Below are positions 13,329-26,597 of a stretch of DNA of 64,000 bases, in pieces. This DNA is from Eledone cirrhosa (taxonomy: Eukaryota), in NCBI GenBank assembly GCA_964016885.1, contig OZ024741.1:195796001-195860000 (forward strand), in the 5' to 3' direction. Positions within the stretch are counted from its first letter, which is position 1; every line of letters starts with the position of its first letter. Under the pieces are notes generated by a model, which was not told where the DNA came from, did no database searches, and worked only from the letters and a program-made list of their open reading frames with translations. The translations under genes were made by a program, and so were the position numbers.

Positions 13329-15509
13329 TTATAGCCCTAGTCTACCCCCTCCCCCCCTCCCCCGGTCATTATGGGGTTTGAGGGCGAGGTAAGTCCTACG
13401 TAATCGGTGTTTACATGCAGTAACCAGTTCATCTTTCTTGTTTAGGAGTTGGTCCGTCGAAAACAACATTTGTAATGTTTCCTCCGAGCATAAATTGCAC
13501 GGACGGCGTCCTCCCGTGTAAGAGTTGGCTCTGGACAGTAATTTCCAAGTGAGATCATAGTTGATGTTGTTGTCCTTGAGGTCCCATATGTGGCCCGAAA
13601 GTGTAGTGGCGTGACGCCGGGTCGGGTTTCGGAAGGTATGTCTGTGTTGGTATAGCCGGGTCTTGAAGTCACATGCGGTTAATCCTATATAAGCTTTGAT
13701 GGAGGTGTCCGTGCTCACGTTGCACTGGTATATCACATTACGGTCTCTGCATCTGTTGTCGAGGGGGCAACTGGATCTATCAGGACAGTTGCACCTCCTG
13801 GTCGGCTCTCCACTGCTATTTAGGTTGTTTCTTCCATCGGGGTTGAGTTTTTTGTTGTTGGAGGAGACGATGTTTTGTGCGAAGTTAGGTGTAGTGCTGT
13901 AAGAGAGTTTGATGGTATTTTTGTTGATTATGTTGTGGTAGCGGTGTTGTGGTGGGAAGTGTTTTTCAATGAGCCTAAAGAAAATTTTCCCGATGGGAGT
14001 TGTCACCTCAGCGTTGTGGGGAGGATTGAACCATGTTACGTTGCGTGAGCGGCGGTGTCGCCTGCTGGTTCCGCTAATGGGAGCTGGACAGTAGGATATT
14101 TCCTCCCGGAAACCACTCCGCTTGAGGGCCTGGTTGTAGTAAGGCGCATGTTCATCGAATATCTTCTCATTAGCTGACAAACGGGATATACGGAGGGAGA
14201 TGTTATTGACCAGGTTGTTGGTGATGTTCCTGGGATGGTTGGATCGGCGGTGGATGTAGTGCAGGTTGTCATTGGGTTTCCTGTATGGGTAGTACAGGTC
14301 ATTATTGAGATCGAGGGTAACGTCCAGGAAATTAACTCGGGTCAGGGACGTTTGTAGGGTTATTTTAAATCCCCAGTCGCGGAAGAAGCTGATTTATTGT
14401 TTACGGACCCGATCTGTACTACTGGGGTTGTACCCTTTAAGGGTAAGGAGCCCATCATCACGGTACAATCCACCACCGAAAGCAGGAAACATATCGGTGA
14501 GTTTGGCTATAAGGAATAATCCTATAAGATCCGTGACCTCCGCCGAATCCGTAGCGCCCATGCTGACATCGAAGGGTGAGTCAGGAGCTCTTTTTATCCA
14601 TTTGGAGTTGTCAAAGAGTAAGACTGTCTTCCTGGCGTGGAGGATGATTTTTCTTTCCTGGTCGGTGATGGGCACAAGTGCTTCGGCGAAGTCTAAGGCG
14701 GCAGTAAGTAGCGGTAAGGTGATTGAAGTATAGTAGCTCTCTATGTCGAACTGGATAAATTTAGTGTCTCGTTTATCCTCCAAATTGCTGAACCATGAGA
14801 TAACTTCCTGGGTGTTGATCCATAGGCTAAGTCGGGCGTGTTCCTTGACTTTAGGTATCACGCGGTCTAGGATTTTTTTGCTGATTCACCCTATGTCGGA
14901 CTTCGTTGGGTTTATAAGCCTGATAGATGGTTTACGGTCGAAATCGGATTTGTGGTCCTTCAGTGTGAAGTAGGGTGTCCGTGGGTCTAGGGGTTCGGTG
15001 CGGTCGGCGACCCCGAGGCTGGAGGTAATTTGTCGTCCATCTCGATTAATGTCCTCGATGCATGAGTGGTTGGCCTTTTTATAGGTGGAGTTTAGGCTGT
15101 TCCTGATCAGTGTGTGGTATCTGTCGGGGTTGACAAAGTATAGGTTCCCAGTTTTATCCGAATGCACCATGATGTCATTGGTGTTATCATACGCTGTTAG
15201 GTTGCTACGGAGTTTTTGTAGGAATCGGTTGTGTCTGGGTTTGAATTTAAGGTTCTTGACCAGTTGGAAGAGGTCATTCTCGAAGGGTGAGAGCAAAGGG
15301 TTCGGGGGGGGGGGAGATTTGTAGGTAATAAATCCGAATCTCTCCTTGGTACCGAAGTCCTGATTGTCGCAGAATCTGTCGTAGAAAAAAGTTCTCCATC
15401 TAAGTCTTTTCGCAAATAGGTCGATTTTTTGAGTGAGCATCCGAAGGTAAAGTTTTTTCGGTGGGATTGGGATGTTCTTGGTAGAGAAGTCGATATTGTG
15501 TTTTCGCAT
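13329..15509 (-). pseudogene. PLE RT-GIY-YIG polyprotein, 726 codons, two in-frame stops (14886 TGA, 14394 TAA)
   Basis: Three listed ORFs share one frame; KNIPIP, DKT, FDIESYYTSI, FDVSMGATD, YRDDGL, WFNPP, CNC..CPL..C, VIY..YIG. Confidence 0.93.
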
Positions 15510-16669
15510 GGTGCGGGTGAAACAAATTGAGCTTAGCGGAAACGTCTGGATACGGCGTGGTAGGGTCAGAAAGTGCTATACTACGGGGATAGGAGCTAGA
15601 TAACGAAGGAAATGTGGTAAGGAACCAGGTGGACCATAACGCACCAAAGTACTCAATACTTAGGGTAGTAGAGTGGGTAATAGGAACAAGTAAGACCCCG
15701 ACGGCTGAGCTCAAGCCGTTTCGACGGCTAATTCTCTACTGAATGAAAAATTAATTCTGGTATTTAAATAGCAGAGGTGTTAGACTTCGGATACTCGCCC
15801 CCTTCTCCGACCGCTGTCCCCTTTTTCCGTGCCTTCTATATTTCTTAGTGGCATCTTTGCTTTAATTTCTCGTTTATCCAGTATCTCTTTTTTTTGGGGG
15901 GGGGGGGGGGGGTGTTCCTGTATTAATTTTCCGTTCTTTACTTTTACTTCGTACGATCTTTCATATAGCTTGTATAAGACTTTTTGTTTCGTGGCGGTAC
16001 CCTTAGAGTTAGCACTAGTATTTTTTTGCGGGACCCTGAATTATATTCTCGTACTAGTTTACTTTCTTGCTGGCCCTGTGTTTGGGGTAGATACCTTTAT
16101 TATTTTCGTGGTAGTCTCTTTAGTATTCTGGCACCCCTTTTGTTGACCCGTCACCGTACGATACACGCACTTATACCTCGTATAAGGGTCCCTTTATTTC
16201 CGTCCCACCTAGTTTATTTCTATTATTATCATTTATTTTTTTATTCTACATTATATATATATATATATTTTTTTTTTTTTAATTTATTTTTCTTTTATTC
16301 ACTTATTTGTTTATTTATTTATTTATGTATTTCTTCAGCCTAGCAATAGCGAGAGACTTAAGTCTTAGTAACCAGATTTTGCTTATATTTTTTTTTTCTC
16401 TCAGTACCTTTTACAGTTTTACCTTTCATTGTTCTACTTACCGTTTCAACCTCCTCCCCCTCCGCCTCCCCAGTATCCTCTTTGACCTCACACCCAGCTG
16501 TAGCTATCACTACCAACGCATGAATGGGTCTACTCCACCCCCTCTCCCCTTTTTCTCCTACTGGCAGGTTTAGCTACCCCTTCCCCCACCAACTTGCCAT
16601 CACAGATTTACTACTAACTTGTGATGTGACCAATCCTGGTGATTATCTCTTTGACCATATATGGAATTA

Positions 16670-16762
16670 CCCCTTGATAAGTTCGGCTATTTAAATACCA
16701 GAATTAATTTTTCATTCAGTACAGAATTAACTGTCGAAACGGCTTGAGCTCAGCCGTCGGGG
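16670..16762 (+). ncRNA. Type I HHR, family A, in the inverted pLTR
   Basis: Reverse complement of 12079-12171 with two stem II changes. Confidence 0.7.
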
Positions 16763-16892
16763 TCTTACTTGTTCCTATTACCCACTCTATTACCCTAAGT
16801 ATTGAGTACTTTGGTGCGTTATGGTCCACCTGGTTCCTTACCACATTTCCTTCGTTATATATATATATATATATATATACATACATACATAC

Positions 16893-17906
<1,014 letters not shown>

Positions 17907-17912
17907 TATATA

Positions 17913-18459
17913 CTAGCAGAATGGCCCGGCTTTGCTCGGGATTCTAAACATAGATTGGCATGTTTATCCCTCCTTTCTGAAACAGTACAGAGAAGTACGG
18001 AATACCTCGGCCTCGGGATGGTGTCTACATTTTGTGCTTATGAAAAAGATTCGTCGTAGTTTACTAGAGGTTTAACTTAATTCGGTGCCTGAGAGTAAAA
18101 TGTTCAACCCACGAAAGCCAAGACGATAGGGTTAAGTAAAAAGGCATTCGACAAACCGAACATGTATTTGTTGTGCTATGGTACAATGAAAGCAATAGTT
18201 ACATAGCAGTAAGCATGTGGAACCGCAGTGGTGGAGAGTGGTGTTGTCTTACTCCTTTCAATGTTTCGTCGTATGTTCACCAATTGATGCAGAAGTCCTA
18301 ATGAAAAGTGAAGTTGCCTTGGGTGAATAGGCAAATAATTTTCCATTACGATTTTTCAAAAGCATGTAATTGCGTTCCCTCTCTTTTTTGTTGTTGTTTT
18401 TGCTGCTGTTTAAATTTTGTTTTTGTGTATGCAAATATATCTTTCTGTACACGAATATA

Positions 18460-18527
<68 letters not shown>

Positions 18528-18658
18528 TAACAGATTAAATTTTAAGCAAAATAATCGCTGCTTTCACCCTTAACGGGATCTTCTGATACTAAAAAATCAA
18601 TCTGTGAACGCAGAAGTAAATATTTCGAAAAACGTTACATACTATATATATATACACA

Positions 18659-18722
<64 letters not shown>

Positions 18723-18935
18723 AGCGTCATAATGTCGTAATGCAGACAGCCAGACATACAGACAGATATTATAAGGGCGCGACGTTCGGCGCCTAATGTG
18801 GTCCCTAGGGCATTGAAAATTTGTTCAAAACACTCACACGACCATTACATGTGTAACGTATTACATGTGTAAAGTTTGAAAAAATCGGTTGGGTGGTTCT
18901 CGAGTTTTAGGGAGTCAGACAGACATTCTCTGTTA
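17913..18935 (-). mobile_element. Second tandem Helitron copy, interrupted by (TA)n and a pLTR fragment
   Basis: CTAG and hairpin at 17913-17940; 17913-18238 repeats 17058-17382; 18795-18930 resembles 17755-17900. Confidence 0.7.
18539..18590 (-). ncRNA. HHR-like fold, family E (CAGAAGA core)
   Basis: Paralogue of 37783-37833. Confidence 0.45.
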
Positions 18936-18936
18936 T

Positions 18937-19115
18937 CGGTAGAGGGTCAGACGCCATGCTTTGAAGCATAGTGTTACCTCCCTTTATGATCTGAGTTCAA
19001 ATCCCGCCGAGGTTAACTTTGCCTTTCATCCTTACGGGGTCGATAAAATAAAGTACCAGTAATACACTGGGATAATTGCTGGCCTTGTGCCAAAAGTAGA
19101 ACCAATTATTATTAT
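18937..19115 (+). mobile_element. tRNA-derived SINE with Nin-like core and (ATT)n tail
   Basis: B box gagttcaaatcc; gcctttcatcct..ggggtcgataaaataaagtaccag core. Confidence 0.75.
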
Positions 19116-19688
19116 CTCCCAACGAGCGGACTATTAAGAGTAAGTTGAACAATTTTTCACTTTTTTATTGTTTTTGTTTTGATATGCGCTCTATTTTCCT
19201 GCTATTAATTTTATCTCTCACTCTTTTAAGTTGTGAAATAGACTAGTTTTCACGCACGCGGCTGACACATTTTAGCCCGCTACTATATCGCTCTATAATG
19301 GATAATCGCATTTAAAGACCGTTAAAGGTTCTTGGCACTACCATAGTTACTATCGCTTTACTCTAGCCATGGGACTTGGAGACATGAGCCGAATGCTACC
19401 ATTCTATTATACATCGATGTGGACTGCTATTTCTAATAACCATCCTTTCACCTCTTAATAATTTGTGTGTGAGACACGTTGGCTGAGACTTTTGACGGGA
19501 ACGAAAAGATTGGTTTTCTATTCTCTCGCCACCACGTAAAATTTGTAAGTCGGTGGCTAGTCGAGAGACAGAGTTGTATCGGGTTCCAGTTGCTAGTCGC
19601 TTTACCGGGTGTGTTTTCACAAACAGTCATAACCGGCATGGGCTGGGGTTTGGATTCTGTCGATCGATTGGTTATTGATTAGGCGATA

Positions 19689-19799
19689 CCCGCTGATGAA
19701 GCCGCATAAGCCGATTGTGCATTGTTGCATATTATATGCAGATGGATAGTGCAGTGCACCTTACTGTTGCATTAAGTGCGGTCGAAACTCGAGTCCGGG
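19689..19799 (+). ncRNA. Type I HHR with ~84-nt stem II domain
   Basis: cccg-CTGATGA-agccgca..tgcggtc-GAAA-ctcgag-TC-cggg. Confidence 0.8.
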
Positions 19800-19946
19800 A
19801 ATTATTATAGGCACCCGTTTTACGTGTGTTGTATTGAAGCGAATAACTGTGTGTATACTCTTGGAATGTATCTTACATTGCCCATGGAGTACGCTGAGAT
19901 GCAACCGGTCCTGGCATTGATAAATATGCTGGGTCCGTCAACTCCT

Positions 19947-19993
<47 letters not shown>

Positions 19994-19999
<6 letters not shown>

Positions 20000-20772
20000 T
20001 AACAGATTAAAGTTTAAGCAAAGAATCGCTGCTTTCGCCTTTAACGGGATCTTCTGAAACTAAAAAAAGTCAATCTGTGAACGCAGAAGTAAATATTTCA
20101 AAAAACGTTGCAACCGGGGGAAGACAGGAAGACGATACTTTGGTTCGTGGTAAAGTTCCCTGGCAAAGAACGGGAAAAAACGAAGATAATACGTCATTAT
20201 TTGGAGCGGTGAAAAACAATTACACGCAAAGACAAAACCACGTTTATGGTATAAAAGAAGTCGTAGACTAATATTCTATTAGGTGGTTCATGGAGACATT
20301 CTCTGGCAATGAACGGAAAAAACGAAGAAATTACGTCATTATGTGGAGCGTGGAGAACAATTGCACGCAAAGACAAAACCACGTAAATGGTATAACTGAA
20401 GTCGTAGACTAAAATTCTAACTAGGAAACCGAATGATTCTCGGATTCAGAGTTAAGAATAAAGTAAATAAAATACAGAGGTAATTGAAATTAAATAAATA
20501 CATACACGCATCCATATACGTACATACACAGCGTACGCGAAAACACTCGCCATAGGTATACAAATACAAGCACGTACACAAAAAAAACCCGCACGCACAT
20601 ACAGAACCCACGCAACGCCTGTACCCGCACACATACGAATGTATACACCAAATACCTAAACTTTAATCTGTTATTTTAATAAATGTTTGCTCTACGGTTC
20701 TTATATATTTGATACATATTTATCCTTATCGATCCCTCTTTGGATTTTAGTCTTCAAATTTATTATTATTAC
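19994..20772 (-). mobile_element. Family E pLTR (inverted copy of ~37180-37850) plus a short forward pLTR end; HHR-like fold at 20011-20061
   Basis: Direct reverse-complement identity; 20657-20772 matches the reverse complement of 54966-55080. Confidence 0.8.
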
Positions 20773-20796
20773 AATATATATATATATATATATACA

Positions 20797-21420
20797 TATC
20801 ACAGAAAAAAGACAATCAGTGTTGCGACGAATGGAATTTATTGGACATATTACAATTGTTTCTCTGGCGACCAGCTCGAGGGATGATCAATGTAATGATC
20901 GAACCTGACTCTGGTCGCCAGAGAAACGATTGTAATATGTCCAATAAATTCCATTCGTCGCAACACTGATTCTCTTTTTTTCTGTGATATCATACTCTCT
21001 TCTATGAGAGCATCGGTGCTCAAACAGCCTACCGCATACGGACGCTTTAAGCATCCAACACCAATTATATATATATACATATATATATATATATAGTTGT
21101 TGTAAGGTTGCAATAAATGCGTCCGTAGGCGGTATGCCGTTTGAGCACTAGGTGCTCATGCGGAGCAGAGTATATTATTATAGATAACGAGGAATCAGTG
21201 ATGCATTAAAACACGATTTATTAACATATTACATATGTTTCTCCGACGATCAGCTCAAGGTAGGACCTATTATAGATCGAACCTGACTCTGCATTCGCCA
21301 GGTCCTCAGATATGTTTATCGTTTTCAAGGCATTTCTTCCAACTGAAAATATTCGGTCCGTTTCATCCCCAGCACTTGACATCATCCTGTTTATGCGGCA
21401 TACACATTGGCTAAGAATTT
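20797..21420. mobile_element. Cluster of inverted pLTR fragments (family G)
   Basis: IR 20797-20874 / 20911-20988; diverged inverted copy 21085-21316. Confidence 0.7.
21223..21316 (-). ncRNA. Type I HHR, family G
   Basis: aacatat-CTGAGGA-cctggcga..tcgtcgga-GAAA-catatg-TA-atatgtt (7-bp stem I). Confidence 0.8.
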
Positions 21421-21449
21421 GAGGCGTCACTTCCCTTGACCAGTTATGA

Positions 21450-22730
21450 CAACAATATCAACGTGATAGTCAGACAGACCAAGACACAAGGGGACTCTAG
21501 GGCACGCAGCACACGTAAACAGATGCAAACCCCGTGATGAGAGAATTAGCGTTAGAAATAGAGTAAAGACAGCACATAATGTGGAACTAACTAGGGAGAC
21601 CGCATATAACATCGGCAGCACAATCAGACAGTAAGAATGAGATTAACTATTGGGCCAGTAGACACGACCAACATAATTTAGAAGGTGAACACAATAATTC
21701 GGACATAGATGGTAGATCTAGGAATAGCGGTAGCATGGGGCCGGAATTAGCGGATAAACACAACTCGGGAAAACAAATTGACCCTACGCACACTACCACT
21801 ACACACAGACGACGAAATAGGACAAGATCTAGGAACATTACGTGGTTCAATGCACTATATTCGAAACACGTATGCACCAACATACCCAGCCTCTTCTTCA
21901 AGGCATTGAACGAGTGCTTCCCGGCGTCGCACAGGTACCACAGGCTTTTCAATCGCCACACAGTGAAGTTCTCATTTTCCACTGCACCCAACATGGGCGA
22001 CTATATAGCCAAAACTAATGCAGTGAAAATGAGGATCTTCGAACGCCGACAACTACAGGCGAGGGGTATCTTTTGGGGGACCAGGAGGAGCACATAGGGA
22101 CGCACCCAGAAATCGCAGTGCAGACCTCTTAGGCGGCGATCAACCCGCAGCAGACACAGAACTCGATAAACAGGTGGCGCCAACCACGAACACTGAGTAC
22201 GCTGCGCCTGCAGAACACCATGGAGGAGGTGGGGCACGCGCCGCACGAAGGCCAAGTCCATGCGTAAATACTGAGCAGTATATAACCAGAACTTACAACT
22301 GCCACGTTGACACACAATGCCCTCTACAGGGGAATTGCCTAGTGAAGGGCGTTGTCTATAAATGTGTGGTTAACACGCAAAAAGCTAAGCACACCTACAT
22401 CGGTGCAACATCCACAACCTTCAAGGCGAGGATGTACAATCACCCGAATTCTTTTAAGGACCGAGATAAGAGGCACTCCACTAGGCTGGCAGATTTGATC
22501 TGGGACTTGAAAGATAGTGGCACTGCGTACGATCTCAACTGGAGTATCATTTAACGTGCAAATGCATACTCAGCTGGCGAAAGGTGATGCAGGCTGTGCT
22601 TGACCGAAGCCATGGAAATAGTGAGATTAAAGGGTGACGCAGTCAACCTGAAATCCGAGGTCATCATGGCATGCAGACATCAATGAAAATACACACTTTC
22701 TGCATTGGAATACCGGGTAGGTCTAATTTG
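21450..22730 (+). pseudogene. Degraded PLE 3' ORF (linker + GIY-YIG)
   Basis: RNITWFN, CPLQGNC..VVYKC..YIGATSTTFKAR, CRLCLTE. Confidence 0.8.
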
Positions 22731-23182
22731 AGCCCCGTGGAGGTACGGACATGAACAAGGGGACAGACACAAGTATATGGAATGTGGCATCGTACCATTG
22801 ATTATACTGTATTTTATTTTATGTAGAACATGTCAGCACATCCAACGTTACATATATTGTATTTTATTTTATTTAAAAACTGTCATCACATCATCACAGA
22901 TACGGCATCTTAATTTTCATTGATGAACTCAACATTATCCTACTTTTCATTAATATGCTCAACTTTACTTTATCGTAATTTTTCTATTGTATGCATTTTT
23001 TATGAGTTTTCCATGTGTATTTTTTATATGGTTTATTTCACGTTAATGCCTTATCTCACTCTACTCGATGCATATATGTGTGTATATGTACGGATATGTG
23101 TGTGTGTGTGTGCCTATATGTGCGTGTGTATGTGTGCATATACACTTATGTATGTAGGGGTATATCTGTGTATATATGGGTG

Positions 23183-25296
23183 TGTAGTGACCTACATTCC
23201 GCGGGCTCACATATATTCTCCGTGCATGATTTGGCTCAGCTCAGCCAATATGCGCCAGAAGAGGAGAATGTATTTCTACGCGCCCTGTGGGAAAAATTCC
23301 CGCGTTGATTTGAGAAATCTCTCTCTTGCATCCTGACCTCGAAACGGTAAACAACTAACTTTCTTTCGTCGTGAAATCACTAGCCAATATGTAACACAAC
23401 AACTTAACCACGGCCTGGTAACACTTCAGCCAGTGGACCGTGCCTTCTGAATTCTTAATTCGTTTGTTTTATCTCTCTTGGCATGCCTGCTCTACACAGC
23501 TCAACCTTGTTAATAAATAATGTAAAACAAGCCAAAGACGTTGTCGATGTTCTTACCACAACATCTTTCCACCGAACTGGTCCCTCGTGGCGCTACCAGC
23601 TATAATATATCTTAACTGCTAAATTGGTGACCTGGCGTGAGGAATATTTTAAATACAAAATATTCCTTTTAAAATTAAAAAAATTAGCAGTATTTAAAAA
23701 AATGTTTGCCACGAGGAAATTTCAAAATGACTACCACCAAGTACTTCTCTACTACCAGCCATCATCAGCAACTGACGCAGCATAGTGACACCTTTGTAGT
23801 TATACCGCCTCAACTACCACAACAACGGATAGCAGTCACCTAAAAGCTTCTGGTAACACATTTACTACTCCGGTGACTACCACAGCTTCGACACGGCTAC
23901 AACGACAACATTGGTTAACCACTAACCATAGACAACGCATGGTAAATTCGACTTCGATTCTACAGAGGATTACTGTGACTTCGCTTCGATAGCAACAACA
24001 ACAACTCTACTAGCTTCCTAGTAAGAGCGACCCCAAAGAAATTTCAAAGAAAAGAAAAAGCGAACTTTGTGTTAAGAAACAATTATTTCTTTCTTTTTTT
24101 TTACAGGCAATGTTTGGACATTTATTTTTTTAAACTGTATTATATGAAAATTCATTTTTTTTCTCTCTATCATTATATATATTACTGCACGCACACATTC
24201 TTTGCTGTATTACATGCCTGCATATGCACACACATTTCTTTGACACACACCAACATGTTGTTGTTCTTAGTGTATGATATTCAAACGTCGTAATATTTTG
24301 CGAGATCTCTTCTCACTTTGTGGAGGTCCCAAAACATGCTATCGACACTTTGCAGCTTAATTTACCTGCACCGCAACACGAGAATGCTAATTGCAGCTGG
24401 ACTCAAACAGTTTCGCGTCTCGTTGCACACTCATCGTCCATAACAACCTCCATCTTGTTACTTTACCCGACTCACTGGGAAAACAACAGATGGAACTGGA
24501 CCTGTCAGCATTTCCACCATTTCTCCTATGGATTCGCCAGAATTATGGAATTTACACTTCAACTACTACCCCCCCTACAGATTCAACTTGCTTTTTTCTT
24601 TTCAAAGCAACCAGCCATTTTTTTCCTGGCTGCCTAGCACTTTCGGCAATACATCTGGGAGGCCGACATTTTCTCGCCTACCCATCATCTTCTTGCCAGC
24701 ACTGGTAAACTACCATAACAGCTTCACCCACAGCTACTGGTACAGCGCTTACCATTAACATTTAATGCAAGAATAGCAACTTCGCCCATGTCAGACTTTA
24801 TCCGTTTTCTGTTTGACCCCTGGTGGTCACGTATAAACTACAAAAAAGCTAGTCATTTGACACAGCGACTCAACACGGCCCTTAACGCCTCTTTTTTCTT
24901 CTTGCATGCATTTTTCTGTTCAATTATTTTTTCACTGATGTGCTCTTTCAGCATTTTTCCCTGCTGATTCAATAATCTGTATCGTCTTACGACTAGGAGG
25001 GGGTATTGTAGTGACCTACATTCCGCGGGCTCACACACATTCTCCGTGCGTGATTTGGCTCAGATCAGCCAATCAGCGCCAGAAGAGGAGAATGTATTTC
25101 TACGCGCTCCGAGGAAAAAATTCCCGCGTTGATTTGAGAAATCTCTCTCTTGCATCTTGACCTCGAAAAGGTAAACAACTAACTTTCTTTCATCGTGAAA
25201 TCACTAGCCAATATGTAACACAACAACTTAACCACGGCTGGCAACACTTCAGCCAGTGGACCGTGCCTTCTGAATTCTGAATTCGTTTGTTTTATC
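23183..25296 (+). mobile_element. Non-autonomous Gypsy-type LTR element: 5' LTR 23183-23623, 3' LTR 25007-25296 (truncated)
   Basis: Direct repeats starting tgtagtgacc; PBS tggtgacctggcgtga at 23625; PPT aggaggggg before the 3' LTR; no pol ORF. Confidence 0.85.
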
Positions 25297-26083
25297 ATGA
25301 GCAAAAGAAATTTCAAATTTTCTATGCCCTAGGGACCACATTAGGCGATTTGGCGATCTCTCTCTATAATTCTTAGTCTTTCTCTTTTTAGATAGATACA
25401 TACATATAACGTCGCGCCCTTATAATATCTGTCTCGCTGTATAGCTTCAGTTTGTTTACTTACGTGCCTTTACGAGAATAAAAGTTACTATTTTACCGGT
25501 TAGTATTGTAGAGAAGCACCCAACCGACTGTTTTCAAACTTTACACATGTAATACTTATGTTTCAGGGAGTGTTCTGAGCAAAAGAAATTTCAAATTTTC
25601 AATGCCCTTAGGCGATTTAGCGATCTCGCTCTATAATTCTTAGTCTTTCTCTTTTTAGATAGATACATACTTATAACGTCGCGCTCTTATAATATCTGTC
25701 TGTATGTCTGACTGTCTGCATTACGTCACTTCCCTGAGGATGTATGTGTGTGGCTAGGACCCGCATTAGGTGAAAAACTTCATTTTTTCAGCTTCTTAGG
25801 GCTTTTTGGAGGCGTTACGTCTGGCCGATTTTTCCCGAAATTTCAAGGCATATTATGCACATAAAAAAAATTCATTTTCTTGATCCCCTAGGGCCCGCAT
25901 TAGGTGAAAACCTGCATTTTTCCTGCTTCATCGAGAAAAATCTTAAAGATTATCCAGCCATCAGAGTATTCGGTTTATTTTCTTTACATATTGTCCAGGC
26001 ATGCAGTCTCTCCACGATTAAGTCTATTGGCGGCCCGCGTTCCAAAATATCTTATCCTGTGAAACGCCGGGTACCACTGCTAG
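25297..26083 (+). mobile_element. Non-autonomous Helitron, 3' part, with an internal ~140-bp duplication
   Basis: Ends gccgggtaccactgCTAG|T; shares blocks with the reverse complement of 17755-17860 and 18720-18900. Confidence 0.7.
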
Positions 26084-26597
26084 TATATATATATATATAA
26101 AGGGTGTACATGTAGCGAAATCTGTCCACGGCCTGAACCTTGGGTGACACCTAAAGATCAAACTCTAGGTCACCACCCTTTTGGTGTGAACAGGTTCATG
26201 CGTGGGCTATCCCCTCAAGGTGGGAGACAGAAAACGACAGGTATATAAAGCCTATATTTTCCCACCTTAGATACAGAGGGATCGGAGCATCACGATACGG
26301 ACAAGCCATGTGAAAGATTCACCGCTACCTTCAGGCCTCAGAGGTCTACAGAAATACAGAGAGATCGGAGCAGTACGCTATTACAAGCTATGTGAAAGAT
26401 TCACCGCTATCTACAGGCCACAGTGGTCTGTAGTCGACTACAGACCATTCAGAGGTCTACAGACCATTACTCTCTCCCTCTCTCCTGGTCGCAGACTAAA
26501 CCAGCCTCATGAACCAACAACAAAAATAACATTGTCAACCTTTGCAACTCGTGGTAATATGTTTATTCTTCTTTTTGACTCAAGTGAAGTAAACCTT

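Larger units (their letters stand above)
12065..16857 (-). mobile_element. Near full-length PLE: 3' pLTR, ORF, partial 5' pLTR, then a ~1.1-kb inverted pLTR; both ends in (TA)n
   Basis: 15768-16776 is the reverse complement of 12066-13075; 15683-15772 directly repeats 12066-12155. Confidence 0.92.

Noticed and set aside
14886-14888. In-frame TGA as possible selenocysteine (Naiad-like PLE)
   Set aside because: The site (SDIG*ISK) is not a Cys position; TGAs at 5275 and ~22585 fit CGA>TGA decay; a TAA also interrupts the ORF; no SECIS recognised
20090-20420. Imperfect tandem repeats resembling an array
   Set aside because: Degenerate internal duplications of the family E pLTR (also 37430-37740); no repeat-spacer structure, and the DNA is eukaryotic
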